Assembly: GCA_035690365.1 (NCBI GenBank)
Contig: DASSKP010000002.1
Coordinates: forward strand, 10,983 to 74,982
Direction: 5' to 3'
DNA: 64,000 bases
Source: Mycobacteriales bacterium
Lineage (GTDB): Bacteria; Actinomycetota; Actinomycetes; JAFAQI01
Under the pieces are notes generated by a model. It worked only from the letters and a program-made list of their open reading frames with translations. It did not search any database and was not told the origin of the DNA. The translations under genes were made by a program, and so were the position numbers. Shown piece after piece: positions 1 through 7,980 of the stretch (position 1 is its first letter; each line of letters begins with the position of its first letter).

Positions 1-259
1 TGACGAGGAAGCGACGAACATCGGCGAGGGTGTGACCGAGAGCATCGAGTGCCTGGTCGAGTGCCTCGCGTGCTGCCGGGATCGCCCATCCCGAGTCGAC
101 CAGCACGAGGCCGTCGGGAGCGGCGATCGCATACACATTGACGGCGCGCAGCCCGTCATTGGGCAGAGGCAGCGGGAGGCGGTGCACGCCGGGGCTGACC
201 ACATAGGCGCCCGGCGCCGTCCAGTCGCCGGCTGGGCCGGGGTCAGGGGTGACGTCCAC
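1..259 (-). CDS. MBL-fold metallo-hydrolase, N-terminal fragment (continues beyond window start)
   Basis: Absent from the ORF track because it runs off the edge. My reverse-strand translation from GTG (257-259) gives VDVTPDPGPAGDWTAPGAYVVSPGVHRLPLPLPNDGLRAVNVYAIAAPDGLVLVDSGWAIPAAREALDQALDALGHTLADVRRFLV. This is the usual N-terminus preceding the HxHxDH motif of MBL-fold hydrolases. GC3 is high and there are no in-frame stops. Confidence 0.55.
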   Translation of the reverse strand, partial: MDVTPDPGPAGDWTAPGAYVVSPGVHRLPLPLPNDGLRAVNVYAIAAPDGLVLVDSGWAIPAAREALDQALDALGHTLADVRRFLV

Positions 260-284
260 GGAGCAAGTGTGGAGCAAGGCACCT

Positions 285-1484
285 TCAGTGCCGGCGATGC
301 CACCCGGCGACGCTCGCCGAGACGTCGGCGACCAGGTCGCCGAGGGTGAGGTTGACGTCGATGTCGTGGAAGCCCCAGAGCGCTCCGAGCCGCTCGTGCA
401 GCAGCTGCGCGGTCTTGCGTCCCGCCGGTGTGGGTGAGACCTGTAGCCACGTGGCGCCGGCGCCTGTCCGGCACTGTGCTGTCGCGTGGTCCGGGTACGC
501 CGTCCAGGGTGTGCTCATGCCGCTGTGCGCCAGAGCGGTCGGGAAGTAGGGGTGTAGTCCGAGTGCCGCGTGGCTGCCGGGGGAGACCGGGTTGACGCAC
601 GCCACCTGCAGTCCGGCCGTCCGGACGTTGCCGCTCAGCAGGCTGACGCCGCTGCCCGGTCGACCGAAGAACGCACCCGCAGGCGGCTGGCCGGGAAAGG
701 TCGAGTAAGCGATCACGCATCCCGACTCGCCGGGCTTCGTGCAGAGCGGGATGTGCTGGAGATCGCCGCCGATCGGCGTTCCCCGGGCGACGGTGAGGTT
801 GCCGCCGAGCACGAGGGCCACGGCGATCTGTCGACGTACGGCGGGTTCGTGGTCGATCTCGTTGCGCAGCAACCGGATGAGCATCGACGCGCCCTGCGAG
901 TGGCCGATCAGGACGATCGGTCTTGCCGGGTCGTGTGCGGCGAGGAAGCTGAGCCAGCCGGAGCGAAGGCTTTCGTAGGCGATCTGGTGCGCCTTCGAGT
1001 CCGGTGCGCCGTCGGTGAGGTCGAACAGATCGCCGAGCGTCCGCTGCCGGTACATCGGCGACCACACGTCGCAGACGGCGGAGAACCGCGCTGCCTGCAC
1101 CAGGGCGACCTGACGTTCGGCCGCCTGGATCCTGAGATCGGCATTGGCGCCGGACTCGCCGCTGACGGTGGGGTACGCGTAGAAGCAGTCAGCAGGCTCC
1201 GGTCGTGGGTGTCGTGTCGTGCGCGGGTCAGGCTCGGTCGTCTGATGCCCGGAGCCGTCGATGACGGTCGTCGTGAGGTCGCTGACACACGGATCGGGCT
1301 GGTGCCCGGGCCGGCACAGCCAGACCGTCCTCGCCGCGATGGCCGGCGGCGTCGGGCTTGCAGTGGTTGGCGTTGACGCCGTCGGTGTCGCCGAGACGGA
1401 CGGAGGCGTGGCTGTCGTGTCGGATTGTCCGGAACATGCGGCGAGGCTGACTGCGGCGAGAACGACGACACAGGCTCGACGCAC
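285..1484 (-). CDS. Secreted lipoprotein, DUF3089-like alpha/beta hydrolase
   Basis: ORF 285..1484. It has a lipobox signal (VVLAAVSLAAC), a Thr/Pro-rich linker and a GHSQG nucleophile elbow. The overall pattern recalls DUF3089 hydrolases. Confidence 0.75.
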   Translation of the reverse strand: MRRACVVVLAAVSLAACSGQSDTTATPPSVSATPTASTPTTASPTPPAIAARTVWLCRPGHQPDPCVSDLTTTVIDGSGHQTTEPDPRTTRHPRPEPADCFYAYPTVSGESGANADLRIQAAERQVALVQAARFSAVCDVWSPMYRQRTLGDLFDLTDGAPDSKAHQIAYESLRSGWLSFLAAHDPARPIVLIGHSQGASMLIRLLRNEIDHEPAVRRQIAVALVLGGNLTVARGTPIGGDLQHIPLCTKPGESGCVIAYSTFPGQPPAGAFFGRPGSGVSLLSGNVRTAGLQVACVNPVSPGSHAALGLHPYFPTALAHSGMSTPWTAYPDHATAQCRTGAGATWLQVSPTPAGRKTAQLLHERLGALWGFHDIDVNLTLGDLVADVSASVAGWHRRH

Positions 1485-1501
1485 CAGTTGACGCTACGTC
1501 G

Positions 1502-2956
1502 TCACCCGCCGAGGCGTGGGGTGACCATGCGGATCGCTGTCGGCTCACCGGGCGCGCCGCCGACGGCGGACTTGTACTCCGGCACGCCCACGCACGTGAA
1601 GAGCAGGCCTTGCAGCGGCTCGTCGAGAAGCCCCGGGATCTCGCTGTCGAGGAAGGTCATGCCTGAGGCGCTCGCTTCCATCGCGTAGGCCACCAGGTGC
1701 AGCCGACCTTCGACGATGCCGGCCGCGAGGTGTGCTTCGCGCCACTCGCGGTCGTCGAGGGAACTGACATCGGCGGCTGCGATGACGACGAAAGCGGCGT
1801 CGCCCGCGAGCCCCTGGTCCAACGCGACCCGGTAGAGCTCGTCGCGCAGCTCGCCGGCGATCGCGGGCGCTGACAGGTCAGGCCACCTGTAGATGCCTGG
1901 AGCCAGGTCGCCGACGTCGTGGACCACGACTCGGTGCGGAAGGTCGATGCCGCGCATCGCGATCTGCATCGACATGCGCAGGAGCGACTCCGGCAGACCT
2001 CTGTTGCGGTCCATGAGCCGCTGCGTCCCGCGCGACAGCACGAGGGTCTCGACCGGTGTCGCCACATCGCTGTCGACCTCGACCGGATCGCCGGCCGGCC
2101 ATGGCTCACCGAGCTCCTCCATGTCGCCGGCCCGCTGCGCGGCAGTGACGAGCGGGAACTCCGCGGGCGCTGCATCGACGTCGCCGCCGGCCGCATCACC
2201 GGTCGGCGCCAAGGCCGGCGCACCGTCGCCCAGCGCGATGGCAGCGACCGGCCACTCGTGCACGCCGTCGGCACCGACGAGCGACGTCACCTCGTGGTCG
2301 GGAAAGCGTGAGAAGAGCCGAGGCGCCAGGCCGCCGGAGCACGCCGACGCGAGAAGCTGCGCGAGCATCGTGCCGGCGTCCCAGTAGATGTGCCGAAAGC
2401 CGCGCTCGCGGTAGCGCCAGCCGGTCCGCCACGGAACCCCCGTCACGACGACGGTGACGGCGTCGCCGCTCGGTGGTGGCCCGACTGTGACGAGGGCGTG
2501 CTCGAAGGGGTCGTACCAGTGCACTCCCGGTGGTGCCGTCTGACCTTCGGGAACAGCGACGTACAGCTCGAGCGGGAAGCGACCGCCGGCGGAGCCCGCG
2601 GCGCGGAACAGCCACGTCGCGTACGGCCGCTCCGCCGTGCGCACGACACCGGCGGACAGGTGCAGGAGTCGGGCGAGCTGCGGCAGGTCGACGGTTGCGG
2701 ACGCGACGCGGGCGGTGCCGGCCATCACCGCGAGAGCGGGCGCTGTCGTCGACGGCAGCTCACGCGAAAGCGCGATCGTCGGCAGTCCGGGCGCGTAGCG
2801 CTTGTAGAACCACGGCAGCTTCTCGATGACGTTCGTCTCGAGGTCCTGCAGAAGGCGTGGGTCGTCGACTGGCTTGTCCCAGTCGAGTCCGGGCGCGTAC
2901 GACGTCAAGCGGTGATAGGTCTGAGTCGCGGTCTCCACCCATCGACTCTGCCGCAT
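1502..2956 (-). CDS. SagB-type dehydrogenase / tandem nitroreductase-fold protein
   Basis: C-terminal 484 aa of ORF 1502..3580, starting at ATG 2954-2956 (MRQSRWVETATQTYHRL). It has two nitroreductase/SagB-like halves (RAAGSAGGRFPLELYV...GVHWYDP, and a second half with GIYRWP...AHLAAGIVEGRLHL). The 208 upstream codons are Arg/Pro-rich and overlap the PBP gene. Confidence 0.75.
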   Translation of the reverse strand: MRQSRWVETATQTYHRLTSYAPGLDWDKPVDDPRLLQDLETNVIEKLPWFYKRYAPGLPTIALSRELPSTTAPALAVMAGTARVASATVDLPQLARLLHLSAGVVRTAERPYATWLFRAAGSAGGRFPLELYVAVPEGQTAPPGVHWYDPFEHALVTVGPPPSGDAVTVVVTGVPWRTGWRYRERGFRHIYWDAGTMLAQLLASACSGGLAPRLFSRFPDHEVTSLVGADGVHEWPVAAIALGDGAPALAPTGDAAGGDVDAAPAEFPLVTAAQRAGDMEELGEPWPAGDPVEVDSDVATPVETLVLSRGTQRLMDRNRGLPESLLRMSMQIAMRGIDLPHRVVVHDVGDLAPGIYRWPDLSAPAIAGELRDELYRVALDQGLAGDAAFVVIAAADVSSLDDREWREAHLAAGIVEGRLHLVAYAMEASASGMTFLDSEIPGLLDEPLQGLLFTCVGVPEYKSAVGGAPGEPTAIRMVTPRLGG

Positions 2957-2973
2957 CAGCGGCGTGGTGCTCC

Positions 2974-3111
2974 TTAGCTGGCTATGCGCTGGATCCAGGT
3001 GTCGTCGACATCGGGGGCTTCGACGATCAGGATGCCGGCCGAGTCCGGTCCTTCGGGTGCGAGCAGGTCGACCAGAAGGCTGATCGGGACACCGGCCTGG
3101 AGCGAGAGCAT
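2974..3111 (-). CDS. Small acidic ORF (45 aa) immediately upstream of the SagB-type gene
   Basis: MLSLQAGVPISLLVDLLAPEGPDSAGILIVEAPDVDDTWIQRIAS. About 80 percent of codons end in G/C, like real genes here. The TAA stop lies 17 nt before the SagB ATG, with GGAG in between. An alternative GTG start is at 3123. I recognise no family. Confidence 0.35.
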   Translation of the reverse strand: MLSLQAGVPISLLVDLLAPEGPDSAGILIVEAPDVDDTWIQRIAS

Positions 3112-3284
3112 GACGTCTGACACGTGGAACCGTCCGCAGGGAAGAGAGTGGTGGCGGCCGACCCCGGCCGGCTTTGGGCGGCCGGGGACGGCTCGATCGT
3201 GTTTCTCCCCGAGGCACCATCGGTGGAACGAGGCCATTCGGGTGATCGTCCGGCGGAATGTCCGATGACGCCGGATAGGTTGCC

Positions 3285-5147
3285 TTGGTGGCTTCGGTGC
3301 GGCGACTGGTTGCTTTCGTCGGCCTCAGCAGCTGTCTGGCGGTCGGGTTGGTCGCCTGCGGTGCCCCCGACGCGGCACCCACCGCCAAGGCGTATCTCGC
3401 CGCATGGAGCAGCGGCGCTTTGTCAGCGGCCGGCGCGCGGACCGACTCGGCGGTGGCGGCAACCGCTGCGCTGACCGCGCTCAAGACCGACCTGCACGCG
3501 ACATCGGTGCGGGCCACACTCGGCAAGGTCGACACCCATGGCCGTGCCGCGACGGCGTCGTTCACGGCGCATGTCGCCATTCGTGCGCTCGCGACGTGGA
3601 CCTACTCCGGTCGCCTGCAGCTCGTGCGGCCGAAGGACAAGTGGCTGGTGCACTGGACCGTCGCCGACATCCATCCCGCGCTGACGCCGGGAACGCATCT
3701 CGCTGACATCCGCGCGTTGCCCGCGCGCGCAGCACTGCTGGACCGTCGCGGCAAGCCGTTGTTCGCGGCGCGGCCGGTCGTGCACATCGGCATCGAGCCG
3801 GCGCGTATGGCCGGGCATCCCGCGACGATCGACACACTGGCGCGAGCAGTCGGCGTGCACGACGTCGCCGGACTGCGCAAGGCGGTGCACGACGCACGGC
3901 CGCATGACTTCGTCCCGGTGATCACGTTGCGACGGCCGGCGTACGACGCGGTGAAGTCGCGCATCTACTCGCTGCCCGGCACCGTCTTCCATGCCGACAC
4001 CGCGCTGCTGCCACCCGCGACGGGGTTCGGTCAGGCACTGCTCGGCACGGTTGGCACAGCGACCGCCGACGTGCTCAAGGCTGCGGGCCCGGCGTACCGC
4101 GTCGGCGACACCCTCGGTCTGTCCGGCTTGCAGGCCCGCTTCCAGCAGCGTCTCGCCGGTGCCGCCGGCGGGCGCGTCGTGATCGAGGACACGATCGGGA
4201 CGGCTAAGCAGACGCTGGCGACGTTCGCGCCGAAGCCCGGTCGCGATGTCGCGACGACACTCGATCAGAAGGTGCAGCTCGCTGCGGAGGCAGCGCTGGC
4301 GAGCGAGCAGAAGCCTGCGGCGCTGGTTGCGGTGCGGGCATCCGACGGCGCGGTCCTGGCGGTGGCGAACACGCCGGATGCCACGTCGTACGACCGAGCG
4401 CTGGAGGGGCACTATCCGCCCGGGTCGACGTTCAAGGTCGTGACGACGTATGCACTGCTCGGTCACGGCGTGACGCCGACCACGCCGGTGCCGTGCCCAC
4501 CGACGATCACGATCGGCGGTCGGAAGTTCCGCAACTTCGAGGGCGAGGCGGCGGCGTCGCCGCCGTTTGCGACTGACTTCGCGATCTCGTGCAACACCGC
4601 GTTCATCGGTGCGTCGAGCCGGCTGTCGAAGACGGACCTGCCCCAAGCGGCTCGCACGCTCGGCGTCGGCGCGTCGTGGTCACTGCCGTTGCCGGCGTAC
4701 AGCGGCTCGGTGCCGCCGGCGACCGACGACGTGGAGCTTGCGGCGGACGCGATCGGCCAGGGTGCGGTGTCGGTGTCCCCGCTGACGATGGCGATGGTCG
4801 CTGCGGCGGTCGACTCAGGGACGGAGCAGGTGCCGACCCTCGTGACGAATCCGAAGCAAGCCGGCGTGGCGACCGGCGGGAGGCCGTTGGACGCCGCGCG
4901 CGTGGCGACCTTGCGCTCGCTGATGCTGAAGGTCGTGCAGTCGGGGACGGCGGCCGGTGCCGGGCTGCCTGTCGGGACGCACGGCAAGACCGGGACGGCG
5001 GAGTTCGGCACCGGACCACACCCGCAAACGCACGCGTGGTTCATCGGCTGGCGGGGCGGCATCGCCTTCGCTGTGCTGGTCGAAGGCGGCGGCGTCGGGG
5101 GAGCCGTCGCCGCGCCGATCGCCGCGCGCTTTCTACGTGCGCTCTGA
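3285..5147 (+). CDS. Penicillin-binding protein (transpeptidase) with N-terminal MecA_N/NTF2-like domain, lipoprotein
   Basis: ORF 3285..5147. It has a lipobox (LAVGLVAC), the STFK (SxxK) motif, a KTGTAE (KTG) motif and an N-terminal AYLAAWSSG-type NTF2-like region, as in PBP2a/MecA-like class B PBPs. Confidence 0.85.
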   Translation: MVASVRRLVAFVGLSSCLAVGLVACGAPDAAPTAKAYLAAWSSGALSAAGARTDSAVAATAALTALKTDLHATSVRATLGKVDTHGRAATASFTAHVAIRALATWTYSGRLQLVRPKDKWLVHWTVADIHPALTPGTHLADIRALPARAALLDRRGKPLFAARPVVHIGIEPARMAGHPATIDTLARAVGVHDVAGLRKAVHDARPHDFVPVITLRRPAYDAVKSRIYSLPGTVFHADTALLPPATGFGQALLGTVGTATADVLKAAGPAYRVGDTLGLSGLQARFQQRLAGAAGGRVVIEDTIGTAKQTLATFAPKPGRDVATTLDQKVQLAAEAALASEQKPAALVAVRASDGAVLAVANTPDATSYDRALEGHYPPGSTFKVVTTYALLGHGVTPTTPVPCPPTITIGGRKFRNFEGEAAASPPFATDFAISCNTAFIGASSRLSKTDLPQAARTLGVGASWSLPLPAYSGSVPPATDDVELAADAIGQGAVSVSPLTMAMVAAAVDSGTEQVPTLVTNPKQAGVATGGRPLDAARVATLRSLMLKVVQSGTAAGAGLPVGTHGKTGTAEFGTGPHPQTHAWFIGWRGGIAFAVLVEGGGVGGAVAAPIAARFLRAL

Positions 5148-5281
5148 CGTCGGGGTTGCGACCGGGCACGGGGGCACCCGGCCGCAACACTGAAAACGAT
5201 ACGCACCGTCTCGTATACGTGGCAAGGCGCTGGCCCGGGCGCGGCATACTCCTGTCAACACGGGCGGAACGGAGCGGCTAC

Positions 5282-6055
5282 ATGAGCGATGGACGCACCC
5301 GGCGCGGTGCTATCGACGGTCGCGAACGCGACCGGTCCGCTGCGGCAGCAGCTCGTCCGACTTCGTCGGGAGCCGCACTCGCAGTGGGTGAAGAGTCGCA
5401 GCCACCGAGGGACCCGCGGGTACGACGGACGAGGGCGGTCATCGAGGAGGCGTTCGTTCGCCTGGTGCGAGAGATCGGCTATGACAGCGTCACCGTTGAG
5501 CAAGTGGCAGAGGTCGCCGACGTTGCGAAAGCGACCTTCTACCGGCACTACGAGAGTAAGGAAGCGCTGCTGGCAGCGTTGTCTGAGCGGCTCGTGTGTG
5601 GCCTTGCCGACCGCAATGACGGTGGGCGCACCCCGTTGCCGGCAGACGAGCACGCCTCGGTCACTGCGGCGTATGAGCACGCAGAAGAACTGCGCGACCT
5701 CTACCAGGTGTGCCTTGCCGATGCGCGGGCGCGCGCCGCGTATATCACCGTCTTTGCGCGTCACTCGGAGGAGCAGCTGCGCCGGGCGGTCGGAATGCTC
5801 GGACGCGAGCCACGAGTCCCCGCGCCGGTGATGGCGACCTTCTTCGCCGGCGCCCACGTCGCGCTACTTGAACGCTGGCTCGATGGGAGCATCTCTCACA
5901 CGGGAGACGAGGTCGCATCGATGGAACTGGCGCTGTTCGCCGGCGGGGCCGCTTGGGCACACCGGATGACCCTTGACGAGCTGAGCAGCCCGGAAATCGT
6001 CGCCGCCGTCAAGCGCCATGACAGCAATCGCGAGCCCACTCAACGCGCCGGATAG
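5282..6055 (+). CDS. TetR family transcriptional regulator
   Basis: In-frame ATG at 5282 inside ORF 4589..6055. The HTH is TVEQVAEVADVAKATFYRHYESKEALL. The upstream part of the ORF overlaps the PBP gene and is Arg/Gly-rich. Confidence 0.8.
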   Translation: MSDGRTRRGAIDGRERDRSAAAAARPTSSGAALAVGEESQPPRDPRVRRTRAVIEEAFVRLVREIGYDSVTVEQVAEVADVAKATFYRHYESKEALLAALSERLVCGLADRNDGGRTPLPADEHASVTAAYEHAEELRDLYQVCLADARARAAYITVFARHSEEQLRRAVGMLGREPRVPAPVMATFFAGAHVALLERWLDGSISHTGDEVASMELALFAGGAAWAHRMTLDELSSPEIVAAVKRHDSNREPTQRAG

Positions 6056-6325
6056 GCCGCGCCGGTTTCCGCGCAACAAGTGATGCGCTCGGGCGAGCGA
6101 GCCTCGAAAGGCAGTCCCCCGTTGCCGCCCTTGTCGAAGCCCGCTCGCGAAGCGTTTATAGCCGCTCCAGAGCGCGCCAGATGCGTCGGCAAGGCCAACC
6201 TTCCTTTACGGCAAGGTGCGCGGGGCCAACACTGCGGCCTCTAACGGCGGAGAGGTGGGTGCCGCCACGGCTCAACTGCCGGACGCCTGGGCGTAGTCAG
6301 TTCGGATGGTTCATGGACCCGGGGA

Positions 6326-6362
6326 TTGACATTCGCTTGAAGTCCAGTAACTTGACTTCAAG
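6326..6362 (+). promoter_or_regulatory. Candidate promoter (TTGACA-16 nt-TAACTT) overlapped by a 9-bp-arm palindrome (CTTGAAGTC-N9-GACTTCAAG)
   Basis: TTGACA lies at 6326-6331 and TAACTT at 6348-6353. The inverted-repeat arms are 6336-6344 and 6354-6362. The site sits in an AT-rich island about 50 nt upstream of the ABM-like/MarR gene pair. Confidence 0.4.
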
Positions 6363-6402
6363 TCGCCTGCACTCAGCAGCGACCAGCCTCCAGGGAGGGC
6401 CC

Positions 6403-6678
6403 ATGACCACAGTGGCAGTGCGACACCACGTCGCCGACTACGACACGTGGAAGGCCGGATACGACGAGCACGGGGCCGTTCGCAAGGAGTTCGGTTGCAC
6501 CGGCGACATGCTGCTCCGTGACGCGAACGACCCCAACGATGTCCTCGTGCTGACGTTCTGGCCGACAGCTGCCGACGCGCAAGCCTTCACCACCGATCCA
6601 CGTTTGCCCGAGGTCATGCAGAGGGTCGGTGTCACCGGTGCGCCGCGCATCGAGATCTACGAGGAGACCAGCTCCTGA
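6403..6678 (+). CDS. Small ABM/Dabb-fold (cyclase-like) protein, 91 aa
   Basis: ATG at 6403 preceded by GGGAGGG. The sequence MTTVAVRHHVADYDTWKAGYDEHGAVRKEFGCTGDMLLRDANDPNDVLVLTFW resembles the roughly 95-aa proteins usually annotated as cyclase or antibiotic biosynthesis monooxygenase-like. Confidence 0.65.
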   Translation: MTTVAVRHHVADYDTWKAGYDEHGAVRKEFGCTGDMLLRDANDPNDVLVLTFWPTAADAQAFTTDPRLPEVMQRVGVTGAPRIEIYEETSS

Positions 6679-6842
6679 GCGGGGCACACGAGCAGCGGAA
6701 GGGGAGGGGCGACCCGCGTCGTCCCTCCCCGGCGCGCGCCACGCCCTGGATCGTCGTCGACGACAACTTCGAGGACGAATACCCCGGAGCCGACCGGCTG
6801 GCTACCGAGTGTTACGCGAACATCATTCGGACCGGCGACAGG

Positions 6843-7271
6843 TTGATCGGTCTTCACGACAGGCAGGCTTGGGAAGACCACCACCTGTCCGGAACGGCCA
6901 AACAAGCGCTCGCTGTCCTCGATGGCGCCGACACACCCCTCGAACCGACCGTCATCGCCGAGCGGCTCATCATCACCACAGGCAGCATGACCTCGATGCT
7001 CAATACGCTCGAAGGCCGCGGACTCATCAGCCGCATGCCGCACCCTGCCGACCGGCGCAAGCTGCTGATCGTGATCACCAGCCAAGGCAAGGCCATCGTC
7101 GATGACATGCTGCCCGCACTGCACAGTCGGGAGCGCACCATCATCTGCGACGCGTTGAGCGAGGCTGAGCAGCGCAAGCTGTGCCTGCTGCTTGCGAAAG
7201 TCCAGGCCTCTGTCGAACGACACCACGACGAGCTACCCGACAGAACTGCACGGCGCATCCGGCCGAGCTGA
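6843..7271 (+). CDS. MarR family transcriptional regulator
   Basis: The winged HTH reads TVIAERLIITTGSMTSMLNTLEGRGLISRMPHPADRRKLLIVITSQG. The annotated start is TTG 6843. The in-frame upstream sequence (..ATECYANIIRTGDRLIG) looks like the missing MarR helix 1, with no ATG/GTG/TTG available, so the true start may be non-canonical and upstream. Confidence 0.8.
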   Translation: MIGLHDRQAWEDHHLSGTAKQALAVLDGADTPLEPTVIAERLIITTGSMTSMLNTLEGRGLISRMPHPADRRKLLIVITSQGKAIVDDMLPALHSRERTIICDALSEAEQRKLCLLLAKVQASVERHHDELPDRTARRIRPS

Positions 7272-7331
7272 ACCCGGCCACCGGCGACTACGGCCGGCGA
7301 CCGGAATGTGCCGTGAGACGGAGTCGTGGTG

Positions 7332-7883
7332 CTATGCGCTTGCGGACTTCCGCATCTTTCGGGCCGCGAGACGCTGCATGACGATGCCCATGCGCTCCGC
7401 ACGGCTACCGGGCTGCGGGGCAGCGCCGATCTGCCGCCCGACGGCCATCACGTCAGTGACCGTCAACACATGCGCCAGCTTGCCGTCGCGCATCCAGTGG
7501 GTGTCCGCACCCAACATCTCCACCCGGCCGTTGGTCGGGGCGAAGCCCGGCGGTCGGAGCTCACCCGTCATCGTCCCCACGCCTCGCCAGTTGACCATCG
7601 CCGAGCGCTGGTCGAGCGCCAGGTGCAGGCTGCCCACGATCTCGAACGTGAGGTCCGGCATGCTCCGCCAGACAGAGCTCAGCCAGTCGCTCAGCGCCTG
7701 GTGACCAACCAGGCGTCCGCCTTCGATGTACGGGTCTTCCCACAGCACGTCAGCGGTCGACAAAGCAACCAGCTGGCTCGGGTCGTGGCTGTTCCAGGCC
7801 GCGAGGAACTTGTCCGCGAAGCCCTCCACCTGTTCACGGGAAAGCTCGTCGAAAGCTGCGCTGGAGTCAGTCGTCTGGGTCAC
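7332..7883 (-). CDS. SnoaL-like ester cyclase / NTF2-fold protein
   Basis: GTG start at 7881-7883 (VTQTTDSSAAFDELSREQVEGFADKFLAAWNSHD...). The C-terminal 183 aa of ORF 7332..8213 are NTF2/SnoaL-like. The longer N-terminus would overlap the GH92 gene. Confidence 0.65.
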   Translation of the reverse strand: MTQTTDSSAAFDELSREQVEGFADKFLAAWNSHDPSQLVALSTADVLWEDPYIEGGRLVGHQALSDWLSSVWRSMPDLTFEIVGSLHLALDQRSAMVNWRGVGTMTGELRPPGFAPTNGRVEMLGADTHWMRDGKLAHVLTVTDVMAVGRQIGAAPQPGSRAERMGIVMQRLAARKMRKSASA

Positions 7884-7980
7884 AAGCGCACAGTAGGGAT
7901 TGCGACATGGGCCCGCCGCCGAATCGGCAAATGCTCTCGTCGAGCAGGCTTGGACGGCTTCGGTGCCGAACTCTTCCCCC

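Noticed and set aside
2957-3580. N-terminal 208 codons of ORF 1502..3580 and the 87-aa version (2974..3237) of the small ORF
   Set aside because: The extension is Arg/Pro-rich and runs antisense into the PBP gene. A good internal ATG (2956) begins the recognisable SagB-type sequence. Only the last 45-49 codons of the 87-aa ORF have gene-like composition.
6056-6325. Possible tRNA or small RNA gene in the 350-bp TetR / ABM-like spacer
   Set aside because: I found no cloverleaf-compatible arms, no GGTTCGAATCC-like T-loop and no flanking terminator. Only the promoter/operator at its 3-prime end is supportable.
6181-6402. N-terminal extension making the ABM-like protein 165 aa
   Set aside because: The extension covers the AT-rich promoter/palindrome region and has no protein-like pattern. 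ATG 6403 has a GGGAGGG Shine-Dalgarno sequence and yields the typical roughly 90-aa family length.
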